Assembly (NCBI GenBank): GCA_000991135.1
Contig: LBST01000006.1
Location: forward strand, 46,663 to 110,662
Direction: 5' to 3'
Source: Candidatus Roizmanbacteria bacterium GW2011_GWC1_37_12
Lineage (GTDB): Bacteria > Patescibacteriota > Microgenomatia > UBA1406 > GWC2-37-13
DNA length: 64,000 nt
Made by a program: the position numbers and the translations under genes
Notes under the pieces: model-generated
Seen by the model: the letters and a program-made list of their open reading frames with translations, nothing else
What the model was told of the DNA's origin: nothing
Databases searched by the model: none
Part shown: positions 24,090-32,270 of the stretch, piece after piece
Position numbering within the stretch: position 1 is the first letter of the stretch
How the letters are laid out: every line of letters begins with the position of its first letter

Positions 24090-25652
24090 ATGAAACAAAT
24101 AAATGAAGTCACTATCACGGGTCGCGATTTAACAATTGAACAAATTAAGGCAGTTGCCAGAGATTATGTCAAACTAGAAATTGGTAAAGAAGCTTTTTCT
24201 AAAAGTAAGCAAGGATACAATATTTTACAGGAAAAAATTAATAAAAAAGAAAAAATTTATGGCGTAACAACCGGGTTTGGTGAATTTTCTCAAGTATTTA
24301 TTGATCCTGAAAAAGCGGCTCAATTACAACTTAATCTTATCCTAAGCCACAGCACCGGAGTTGGCGATCCAGCTTCCGAAGATGTCGTTCGCGCCACCAT
24401 GTTGTGCCGAGCTAACTATCTGGCGTCAGGCATGTCAGGAGGAAGACCTATTCTTTTGCAAATTCTTATTGAAATGTTAAATAAAAGAGTTACTCCTTTA
24501 ATACTGGAACAAGGATCAGTAGGATCAAGCGGAGATCTGGCTCCATTGGCAATGATGGTCTTACCGATGATTGGCGTTGGCGAAGCGTTTTACCAAGGCA
24601 AGAGAATGTCTGGAAAATTAGCAATGGAAAAAGCTGGTATTCCTTTGATAAAACTCCAAGCTAAAGAAGGATTGGCCTTGATCAATGGCGATACTTTTAT
24701 GGCTGGATTAGGATCTCTTGAACTTTATGATGCTTTGCAATTAGCAAAAATTTCTGAGATTTCCTGTGCAATGACAATGGAAGCAATTGAGGTGGTCCTT
24801 CAAGCTATGGATGAAAAAATTGCTAGAGCAAGAAGGTTCAATGGTCAAATTACAGCAGCTAGAAATTTAAGAAAACTCATGAATAAGAGTGAAATTCTTG
24901 CCGGACCTCCACAGCGAGTTCAAGACGCTTATTCGATCCGTTGCGCACCAGTTATTCTCGGTGCTAGTCGAGAAGCTCTCCTTTGGGTAAAGCGCCAGTT
25001 TGAAACAGAGATTAACGCCGCTCAAGATAATCCATTAGTGTTTTTAGAAACAAAGGAAGTTTTATCAGGTGGCAATTTTCACGGTCAACCAATAGCCATG
25101 CCTTTGGAAACTATGGCTCAAGCAATTCAAGAATATGCCAATAGTTCAGAAATTCGTCAGGAACGAATGAATAATCCTTATTACAGTAAAATATTGCCGG
25201 CATTTCTTATCGAATCAGGCGGATTAAATTCAGGATTTATGATGCCCCAGTATGCATCAGCTGCGCTAGTCAATGAAAACAAAATCCTTTGCTACCCGGG
25301 AATCGTTGACTCAATTCCTGTTTCAGCCGGACAAGAAGATGACTGTTCAATGGGAACAAATGCTGCTTTAAAAATTCAAAGAATAATAAGGAACACCATG
25401 TATGTCTTGGCAATTGAACTTATGCTCGGTTGTCAAGCATTGGACTTTAAAAAAGGCAAAAAACCAGGTCTTGGAGTATTTGTTGCATACAAATTAATTA
25501 GAGAAACAGTTCCCTATATTAAAAAAGATTCAATCATGTATCCAATGGTTAAAGAAATTTTTGAACTAATAAAGTCAGAAAAAATAGTCCAAACAGTAGA
25601 AAATTCTATCGGCAAATTAGAAGAACCGAAAGATTTACTAAAACCACTATGA
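24090..25652 (+). CDS. Histidine ammonia-lyase-like MIO enzyme (aromatic amino acid lyase family)
   Basis: GVTTGFGEF, LILSHSTGVG (the Ser-His pair typical of HAL rather than PAL/TAL), MIO-forming GSVGSSGDLAPLA (SSG instead of ASG), NGDT and QDAYSIRC. Confidence 0.85.
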   Translation: MKQINEVTITGRDLTIEQIKAVARDYVKLEIGKEAFSKSKQGYNILQEKINKKEKIYGVTTGFGEFSQVFIDPEKAAQLQLNLILSHSTGVGDPASEDVVRATMLCRANYLASGMSGGRPILLQILIEMLNKRVTPLILEQGSVGSSGDLAPLAMMVLPMIGVGEAFYQGKRMSGKLAMEKAGIPLIKLQAKEGLALINGDTFMAGLGSLELYDALQLAKISEISCAMTMEAIEVVLQAMDEKIARARRFNGQITAARNLRKLMNKSEILAGPPQRVQDAYSIRCAPVILGASREALLWVKRQFETEINAAQDNPLVFLETKEVLSGGNFHGQPIAMPLETMAQAIQEYANSSEIRQERMNNPYYSKILPAFLIESGGLNSGFMMPQYASAALVNENKILCYPGIVDSIPVSAGQEDDCSMGTNAALKIQRIIRNTMYVLAIELMLGCQALDFKKGKKPGLGVFVAYKLIRETVPYIKKDSIMYPMVKEIFELIKSEKIVQTVENSIGKLEEPKDLLKPL

Positions 25653-26563
25653 ATAATTCGTTATCACTAGGCGAAGGCAATACACCACTAATCCGTCTCT
25701 TTAATTTAGAGACATTATTAAATTGGAAAGGTGAAATCTGGGTAAAAGCCGAATACCAGAATCCAACTGGTTCTTTTAAAGACCGAGGCAGTGTTACCGA
25801 AATAACCGATGCTTTGAATCAAAAAAAACAAGGTGTTATTTGCGCATCGACCGGAAATATGGCGGCTAGTTTATCAGCCTATGCTTCAAGAGTGAGTTTA
25901 AAATGTTTTGTTGTTGTACCGAAAAATACTCCCCTAGGAAAACTCAAGCAAGCGGCTGTTTGCGGAGCTAAGTTAATAGAAATTGACGGAAACTATGATC
26001 TATGTGTCAAAAAAGCCAAAGAAATTGCTTCAAGAGAAAATCTTCTCCTCTGTGGTGATTATGAGTTAAGGAGATTAGGACAAAGATCTCTAGGACGGGA
26101 ATTAGCCGAATCAGGAATTGATTTTGATGCGTTTGTCGTACCAGTAGGTAATGGAACTCTAGGCTGTGCCATTATTGAAGGATTTGTTGAAAAAGACAGG
26201 TGGCCTCAATTTATCGGAGTTCAAGGAGAAGGATCTGACCCAATAACATTAGCTTGGCAAAATCAAACTGAATCACTTCGATTAATCGAAGTGCCTCAAA
26301 CTGTTGCCTCGGCCATGAAAGTCGGCAACCCTCTTGACGGAAAATTGACTTTAAACTGGGTTTACGAAACTAACGGAATGATGTTGTCTGTTGATGATAA
26401 AGAAATCCTTCTTGCCCAAAAACTTCTTGCTCAAAAAGAAGGAATCTATGTCGAAACTTCTGCTGCCGCAACTTTAGCCGGCTTAATTATTATAAAAAAT
26501 AAAATAAATTCTTTAAAAATTGTTCTTATCCTTACCGGAAGCGGGTTAAAGGAAATAATTTAA
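25649..26563 (+). CDS. Threonine-synthase-like PLP enzyme (fold type II), short form
   Basis: GNTPLIRL, YQNPTGSFKDRG (PLP lysine) and CASTGNMAASLSAYA. 304 aa. ATGA overlap with the HAL-like gene. Confidence 0.8.
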   Translation: MNNSLSLGEGNTPLIRLFNLETLLNWKGEIWVKAEYQNPTGSFKDRGSVTEITDALNQKKQGVICASTGNMAASLSAYASRVSLKCFVVVPKNTPLGKLKQAAVCGAKLIEIDGNYDLCVKKAKEIASRENLLLCGDYELRRLGQRSLGRELAESGIDFDAFVVPVGNGTLGCAIIEGFVEKDRWPQFIGVQGEGSDPITLAWQNQTESLRLIEVPQTVASAMKVGNPLDGKLTLNWVYETNGMMLSVDDKEILLAQKLLAQKEGIYVETSAAATLAGLIIIKNKINSLKIVLILTGSGLKEII

Positions 26564-26564
26564 A

Positions 26565-26729
26565 ATGAAAATTGAAATTCCTGATTTAAATCCCTTTCAA
26601 ATAATAGGTTCATTTCCACGACTATCTGTCGTAGCGGCGAGAGAACCTAGTTTATTTCTTATCCCAACCCCTATTAAATATGAGGAATTACAACAAAGGT
26701 CTAGTGAATTATTTTCCAGATATATATAA
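26565..26729 (+). CDS. N-terminal fragment (motif 1 region) of the HisRS-like protein, in a different frame from the main ORF
   Basis: The ATG lies 1 nt after the upstream stop. MKIEIPDLNP...SLFLIPTPIKYEELQQRSSELFSRYI resembles the HisRS/HisZ N-terminus and the class II motif 1 proline region. It ends at TAA 26727-29 within GATATATATAATGG. Confidence 0.5.
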   Translation: MKIEIPDLNPFQIIGSFPRLSVVAAREPSLFLIPTPIKYEELQQRSSELFSRYI

Positions 26730-27771
26730 TGGCAGGCTTCCTTATAGATTTGTTTATCCTGCGGAAGCATTTAAAACTTATTTAGAAATTTATATTCTTC
26801 TTTTTGACCCGAAGGCTCAACCTGTTCCTGCAAAAGATGTCTTTACAGTAAAAACAGACGACGGCCAAATCGGTTATTTATCAAGAAGTAGTTTTTGGAG
26901 TGCTGTTTTTGACGGTGTGTCGGCAACGAAAAATAATTATTATTTATTGGAGCGGGGAAATGTCTTAAATGTTGGTGGAGTTCAGCCTTGTTTTAGAAAT
27001 GAAGTTAAAGAAATTGAGCCTGGCTGGAGGGAACTTGGTTTTCTTCAAGCTGACATAGAATTAGTTGGTTTAACAACCGAGACAAGAACTCCACAGTGGT
27101 TTGACAAGACGGCTGTCAAACAGTTAATTACTTCTTTAGAATCCATAAATATTCCTCGGCCTTTTATTCAAATCAGACTCAATAATTTTTTCCAAATTTT
27201 ATATGAAGTATTGGGAGACAAAATTGGTTTTTTGGAAAAAGAGATATTTGGGTTAGATTCTTTGGATAAAATGGCCACTGCAAGAGTAAACAAAAATCGA
27301 GAAGAATTTAGTCAATTACAAAAACTTGCTTTTTCCCAACTAGATCTTTGGCTATCCGAAAATAAACTATCAAAAGAGGCAGAAAGTTTTTTATCAACTC
27401 TTGTAACTTCGGGTGTTTATGATGAACAGATACTTAAAACAAGTTTTCCAAATTCGTATCAATCTCTTCAAAACTTAAAAGAAATTGTCGAAGAAATTCA
27501 AAAAGAATATCCTGAATTAACTGTTTTTATTGATCCTCTGTCTGTTAGAGCAGGTACTCCAGGATATGATGGTATGACTATGCAGGCTGATGTAAAAACA
27601 TTGACCAAAATTTTCACCGAACTCGCTGGTGGCGGTGCTTATCAAAGAGCTGCTCAACAAAGCTGGAAAGTCCAATTTCAAGAAAATCCTCCTGAAAATT
27701 TATATATGATCGGTTTCGCCCTTGGACTGACACGTCTCAACACAGCTTTAAATTATTTAAGCCAACAATGA
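26680..27771 (+). CDS. HisRS-like class II aminoacyl-tRNA-synthetase paralog (HisZ-like, no anticodon-binding domain); probably continuous with 26565-26729 through a +1 shift
   Basis: Motif 2-like GGVQPCFRNE...ELGFLQADIELVG, VRAGTPGYDGMTMQ (compare RGLDYYTG) and motif 3-like ELAGGGAYQRAA (compare GGGRYD). Confidence 0.65.
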   Translation: MRNYNKGLVNYFPDIYNGRLPYRFVYPAEAFKTYLEIYILLFDPKAQPVPAKDVFTVKTDDGQIGYLSRSSFWSAVFDGVSATKNNYYLLERGNVLNVGGVQPCFRNEVKEIEPGWRELGFLQADIELVGLTTETRTPQWFDKTAVKQLITSLESINIPRPFIQIRLNNFFQILYEVLGDKIGFLEKEIFGLDSLDKMATARVNKNREEFSQLQKLAFSQLDLWLSENKLSKEAESFLSTLVTSGVYDEQILKTSFPNSYQSLQNLKEIVEEIQKEYPELTVFIDPLSVRAGTPGYDGMTMQADVKTLTKIFTELAGGGAYQRAAQQSWKVQFQENPPENLYMIGFALGLTRLNTALNYLSQQ

Positions 27772-28841
27772 TAAAAAAAGAATTGATTGAACTTAATAAA
27801 AAACTAGTACGATTTAAAACAATCTCCTCAAATAAATCCGAACTAGAAAGATGTATTAGATTTATAGAGAATTATTTTAATATCAATAATTTATTTAAAA
27901 AAATATTTTATTCTAATGGTATTCCTTCGCTCCTCGTGTCCAACTCATTATCAAAAAACCCGGATTTATTATTGAACGGCCATATAGATGTAGTGGAAGG
28001 CAATAATAATCAATTTAAGCCTTTTGTCAAAAACGATAAACTTTATGGAAGAGGGACGATCGACATGAAATCTTCAATAGCTGTGATTATGCTTATTATG
28101 AAGAAGCTTAAATCCACTAATAAAAAAATCTCGGCGATGTTTGTAAGCGATGAAGAGATTTTTGGTAAAGACGGTACAAAATATATTCTCAATAAAGGTT
28201 ATAAGCCAAAATTCACAATAATCACGGAGGAATCAAACTTTGATATCGTTATTAAACAAAAAGGCCAGTTAACTTTAAAACTTGAGGCAAAAGGAAAATC
28301 CGGTCATGGATCACAACCATGGACTGGACTAAATGCTATTGAAGAATTAATTGAAATTTATCAAAAAATAAGAAATTTATTTCCAAAAGAACAAAAAAAC
28401 ACCTGGAATATAAATTCTATTAATTTAGGAATTATTAATGGTGGAGTAGCTCCTAACGTTATTCCCTCAAAGGCAGAATTGATATTAGATATTCGTTATC
28501 CAACAAATCTAAAACTTGATTCTTTCTTAGTTAGATTTTATGGAATTTTAAGAAAATCTAGCGTTACTTATTCTTTATTGACAAAAACAAATCCCATGGA
28601 TTCTGGCAATGCTATATTCTTTATTAATAAACTCAAACCTATTGTTGAAAAACAGATTAAAAGAAAAGCTAAATTAAAATGGACAAATTACTGTAGTGAT
28701 GGTCGTTATTTTTCCGATTCAAAATTACCAGTAATTGAATTTGGTCCGACTGGAGCTAATTATCATACTGATAATGAATATGTAGATATAAACAGTCTGG
28801 TTAATTATTACGAGATTCTAAAGAGATTTATTATTTCTTAG
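27768..28841 (+). CDS. M20 family metallohydrolase (ArgE/DapE/acylase-like)
   Basis: LNGHIDVV, GRGTIDMK, VSDEE, GKSGHGSQP and NGG..PNVIP. Paralog of 49348-50430. Confidence 0.85.
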   Translation: MIKKELIELNKKLVRFKTISSNKSELERCIRFIENYFNINNLFKKIFYSNGIPSLLVSNSLSKNPDLLLNGHIDVVEGNNNQFKPFVKNDKLYGRGTIDMKSSIAVIMLIMKKLKSTNKKISAMFVSDEEIFGKDGTKYILNKGYKPKFTIITEESNFDIVIKQKGQLTLKLEAKGKSGHGSQPWTGLNAIEELIEIYQKIRNLFPKEQKNTWNINSINLGIINGGVAPNVIPSKAELILDIRYPTNLKLDSFLVRFYGILRKSSVTYSLLTKTNPMDSGNAIFFINKLKPIVEKQIKRKAKLKWTNYCSDGRYFSDSKLPVIEFGPTGANYHTDNEYVDINSLVNYYEILKRFIIS

Positions 28842-28850
28842 TTATATTTT

Positions 28851-28955
28851 AGCCTCGTCACCCTACGGGTGCAACTGGGTTAGACTTCGTGAAAAATTGG
28901 CTGTTGTAATCTGCTAAAAGTACTCCTTTGTAGCGTATAGTCTATAGACAAAGGC
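28851..28955 (+). repeat. Conserved upstream module (hairpin CTCGTCACCC-TAC-GGGTG plus TTTGTAGCGTATAGTC) shared with the Y1 transposase-like gene at 5744-5855
   Basis: CCTCGTCACCC..GGGTG, GAAAAATTGG and TTTGTAGCGTATAGTCTATAGACAAA align with 5744-5853. Confidence 0.7.
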
Positions 28956-29009
28956 AAAATCAAGGAATATCCTATTTTTATTGTTAAATTGTCAAATTGC
29001 TAAATTGTT

Positions 29010-29381
29010 ATGAAATATTTGCAATTAAACGACATATCAAGTTATAAGAAAGCTTTTAATCTTAGTAACTATGTATGGAATATTATTACTAATTGGGATT
29101 ATTTTTCAAAGAAAACAATTGGCGAGCAATTTGTTACTGCAGTCGATTCTATTTCAGCTAATATTGCAGAAGGATTTGGCAGATTTAACAAGAAAGAAAA
29201 AATAAGATTCTACAGAATCAGTCAAGGATCTCTAAAAGAGTCTTTAGATTGGAATGAAAAAGCAAAAATTCGTAAATTATTAAATAAAGACCAATACGAT
29301 CATATTTTTGCAGAACTTCAAAGCCTACCTAAAGAAATTAACGAATTTATTAGATTTACTAACCAAAAACTTAATAACTAA
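29010..29381 (+). CDS. Four-helix-bundle protein (23S rRNA intervening-sequence protein family)
   Basis: YKKAFNLSNYVWNI...QFVTAVDSISANIAEGFGRF...FYRISQGSLKESLDW, the typical family pattern. Confidence 0.8.
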   Translation: MKYLQLNDISSYKKAFNLSNYVWNIITNWDYFSKKTIGEQFVTAVDSISANIAEGFGRFNKKEKIRFYRISQGSLKESLDWNEKAKIRKLLNKDQYDHIFAELQSLPKEINEFIRFTNQKLNN

Positions 29382-29438
29382 CCAACAATTTAACAGTTTA
29401 ATAATTTAGCAATTTATATAGAAAGGAGGTGATATAAC

Positions 29439-29666
29439 ATGGATTCCAAACCACAACCAAAACCTAAACTCGATTCCAAAATTCTAAAATGCAGCACGAT
29501 GACGGTTTTCTTGGATACCTATGAGGCAAAAAACGGCAATAAATATCTCAAGATTACCGAATCAAGATTCGACAAAACCACAAAACAGTCAAAAAGAAGT
29601 TCAATATTCTTTTTCAAAGAAGACCTGGAAAAATTTAAAGAAGCTTTAAGCGAAGTTACTTTATAA
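29439..29666 (+). CDS. PUR-alpha-like nucleic-acid-binding protein (DUF3276-type single PUR repeat)
   Basis: TVFLDTYEAKNGNKYLKITESRF...SSIFFFKEDLEKFKEAL matches the DUF3276 pattern. Strong SD GGAGGTG. Confidence 0.65.
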   Translation: MDSKPQPKPKLDSKILKCSTMTVFLDTYEAKNGNKYLKITESRFDKTTKQSKRSSIFFFKEDLEKFKEALSEVTL

Positions 29667-29674
29667 ATGCCTTG

Positions 29675-29746
29675 TGTCAGCAGCAGGATTCGAACCCGCG
29701 ACCACTCGCTTATGAAACGAGTGCTCTACCGCTGAGCTATGCTGAC
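29675..29746 (-). tRNA. tRNA with anticodon CAT (elongator Met or lysidine-dependent Ile2), no encoded CCA
   Basis: Reverse complement folds as a cloverleaf: GTCAGCA-TA-GCTC-AGCGGTA-GAGC-A-CTCGT-TTCATAA-GCGAG-TGGTC-GCGGG-TTCGAAT-CCTGC-TGCTGAC-A. Confidence 0.85.
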
Positions 29747-29785
29747 TTAATTTTTCTCTCCTATATTATATAATATACTATCTCT

Positions 29786-30676
29786 ATGGCAAAAATCGAT
29801 CTTTCTGTTGTGATAGTTTCTTTTAATACCAAGAAAATCACCAAAAACTCCCTCGAATCAATTGATAGATCATTGTGGGGAACAAAAATTAAATATGAGA
29901 TAATCGTCGTCGACAACGACTCCCATGACGGGTCAAAAGAGATGCTTGAAAAATATTCTCAAGAAAATAAGAATAAAACTGTTTATTTTCAAACAAATAC
30001 CAATCTCGGATTCGGCCGCGGCAATAACTTTGGCGTCAAAAAGGCTAAAGGAAAGTATATCTTGCTTCTAAACTCCGATACAATCATTTTAAACCGGTCG
30101 ATTGAAAAACTTTTTAACTTTTACGTAAAAAACGAAAAAACTGTTCATTTTCTGGGCACTAAACTCTTAAATAAAGACTTGACTCCCCAACCTTCAGCCT
30201 GTCGATTCTTTACCTTGCCTGTCGTTTTTGCTACCCTGCTTCTTAAGGGAGACTATTGGGGATTAACACGTTCTTCGCCAAACGAATTCAGACAAGTTGA
30301 CTGGATCTCTGGAGCATGTATCCTGACAAAAAAATCCCTCTATCAACGCCTCGGTGGTTTTGATAAAAATATCTTCATGTATATGGAAGAAGTTGATTTG
30401 CTTTACCGGGCCAAAAGATTAGGACTAAACACCTACTTTTATCCCGCTTCCCAAATCATTCATCTTGGAAGCGCTTCGTCAGGTGGAAAAACTTTTCCCA
30501 TTCTCCAAGTCTACAAAGGTTTTCTTTTCTTTTACAAAAAGCATTATTCTTTTCTTCATTTGTTTGTTCTTCATTTAATTTTGAAATTAAAAGCCGCAAT
30601 TGCTTATTTTATTGGTAAAATTAAAAATGACCGGTATCTCATTGAAACCTATGAAAAAGCTTTCAGGATTTTTTAA
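29786..30676 (+). CDS. Family 2 glycosyltransferase
   Basis: SVVIVSFN, VVDNDSHDGS, LLLNSDT and MEEVDL are GT2 motifs. Confidence 0.9.
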   Translation: MAKIDLSVVIVSFNTKKITKNSLESIDRSLWGTKIKYEIIVVDNDSHDGSKEMLEKYSQENKNKTVYFQTNTNLGFGRGNNFGVKKAKGKYILLLNSDTIILNRSIEKLFNFYVKNEKTVHFLGTKLLNKDLTPQPSACRFFTLPVVFATLLLKGDYWGLTRSSPNEFRQVDWISGACILTKKSLYQRLGGFDKNIFMYMEEVDLLYRAKRLGLNTYFYPASQIIHLGSASSGGKTFPILQVYKGFLFFYKKHYSFLHLFVLHLILKLKAAIAYFIGKIKNDRYLIETYEKAFRIF

Positions 30677-32204
30677 GTGGATCGATAATAATTTAGTGAA
30701 AATACTTCTTACCGGATTTATTTTTTTGGTGCCTTTGTGGCCAAAACTTCCCATCCGGATGATTAACTATACATATATCGCTATTCGCTTTGAAGACATC
30801 TACTTGGTATTCATGATCTTGGCTTTTTTTGTCCAGCTTATTCGAAAGAAAATCATTCTGAATAAGAGCTATCTTTGGCTCTTTATTCTTTTTTGGCTGT
30901 CACTTTTCGCCTCGGTAATCTGGGGTATCTATTTTGAAAAAACAATTATTTTTTATCATCTCGGATATCTCCACGCCTTGCGCCGAGTTGAATATATGAG
31001 CGCCTTCTTTATTGCCGCGTCAGTAATTAAGACCAAAGAAGACTTCTTTCAGTTAATAAAAGTCTTTTTTTTCTCGGTCTTTCTAGTCTCTCTGTACGGA
31101 CTGGGCCAAAAATATCTCGGTTTTCCGGCGGTGCAGACTATGAATCCGGAATATGCCAAAGGCTACATTCTCAATCTCACTCCTGAAGCAAGAATTTCCT
31201 CGACCTTTGCCGGCCATTATGACCTGGCTTCTTATTTAGCTTTTGCCATACCTCTTATAATCTCTTTTTCATTCTTCTTCAAAAAAAAACTGTATCTAAT
31301 TTATTACTTTTTTGCCCTGGTCGTACTTACTTATACTTCTTCTCGAATTTCTTTTGTTGCCTATGCTTTTACAATTTTTGGACTGCTTATTTTTATTAGA
31401 AAATATCTCTTTTTAATTTTTGCCATTATTTTGACTGCTTTAGTTATGGCCTCATCCGGCGATCTCATTAATAGGTTTTTAAAAACAATTCAGTTCAAAA
31501 GAATTCTCGTCAATCAAAAAACAGGTTCTGTCTATATTAACCAAAATATTACTACCAAAGAACTTCCCGCCGGATCCTTCTATGTACCGGTAAAAAAACC
31601 TCCTAAACAAGTTCTTCCTACCGAAGCCGTGGCAACCGAAGTGGCAAAAATAGAAACATTTAAGGAACAACTCATTGAACAAAAAGTAAAGGAAGCGACA
31701 AAAAATAAAAACTTATCCCAAAATGAAATAAACAAATTGATTGCTTCTCTATCGGCTGAATTAAAAGCCATCAATACGTATGTTTCCGATATTTCTTTTG
31801 CCACCCGGCTTCAGATAGAGTGGCCAAGGGCGATCGACGCTTTCAACAAAAGCAAAATTCTTGGAACCGGCCCTTCTTCAATTACTGAGGCGACCGACAA
31901 CGACTTCCTCCGCTGGCTTGGAGAAACAGGACTTTTGGGGACGACTCTTTTTCTGATGATTTTATTTCTGATAGTTAAGCGCGTCTGGGGCAGGGTCATA
32001 AAATTTTCACCAGAAAATAAATTGATCGCCCACGGATTCACTTTTGCATTAATAGCTCTTTTGATAAACGCCACCTATATCGACGTCTTTGAAGCTTCAA
32101 AAGTGGCTTATACTTTTTGGACAATCGCAGGATTATTCGTAGGATATTCTTCTCTAAATTCAAAAGTCAAGAGTCAAGAGTCAAAAATGAAAGTTAAAAG
32201 TTAA
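30651..32204 (+). CDS. O-antigen ligase/polymerase-like (Wzy_C) membrane protein
   Basis: More than 10 TM helices with a periplasmic-type loop. The ATG at 30651 (MKKLSGFF) is preferred to 30600. The C-terminal tail NSKVKSQESKMKVKS is encoded by a GTCAA repeat. Confidence 0.7.
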   Translation: MKKLSGFFKWIDNNLVKILLTGFIFLVPLWPKLPIRMINYTYIAIRFEDIYLVFMILAFFVQLIRKKIILNKSYLWLFILFWLSLFASVIWGIYFEKTIIFYHLGYLHALRRVEYMSAFFIAASVIKTKEDFFQLIKVFFFSVFLVSLYGLGQKYLGFPAVQTMNPEYAKGYILNLTPEARISSTFAGHYDLASYLAFAIPLIISFSFFFKKKLYLIYYFFALVVLTYTSSRISFVAYAFTIFGLLIFIRKYLFLIFAIILTALVMASSGDLINRFLKTIQFKRILVNQKTGSVYINQNITTKELPAGSFYVPVKKPPKQVLPTEAVATEVAKIETFKEQLIEQKVKEATKNKNLSQNEINKLIASLSAELKAINTYVSDISFATRLQIEWPRAIDAFNKSKILGTGPSSITEATDNDFLRWLGETGLLGTTLFLMILFLIVKRVWGRVIKFSPENKLIAHGFTFALIALLINATYIDVFEASKVAYTFWTIAGLFVGYSSLNSKVKSQESKMKVKS

Positions 32205-32270
32205 AAAATGACAAAATCACTTTTTAATTTTGACTTTAACTTTTAAATTCTAACTTTTGACTTTTAACTT
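32158..32270. repeat. About 110-bp palindromic GTCAAAAG/CTTTTGAC-family repeat
   Basis: Left arm AAAGTCAAGAGTCAAGAGTCAAAAATGAAAGTTAAAAGTTAAAA; right arm TTTTGACTTTAACTTTTAAATTCTAACTTTTGACTTTTAACTT. Related to 56774-56890. Confidence 0.85.

Noticed and set aside
30600-30650. Long N-terminal extension of the Wzy-like ORF overlapping the GT2 gene by 77 nt
   Set aside because: The internal ATG at 30651 (MKKLSGFFKW) gives a typical short overlap. The extension is just the alternative frame of the GT2 C-terminus.
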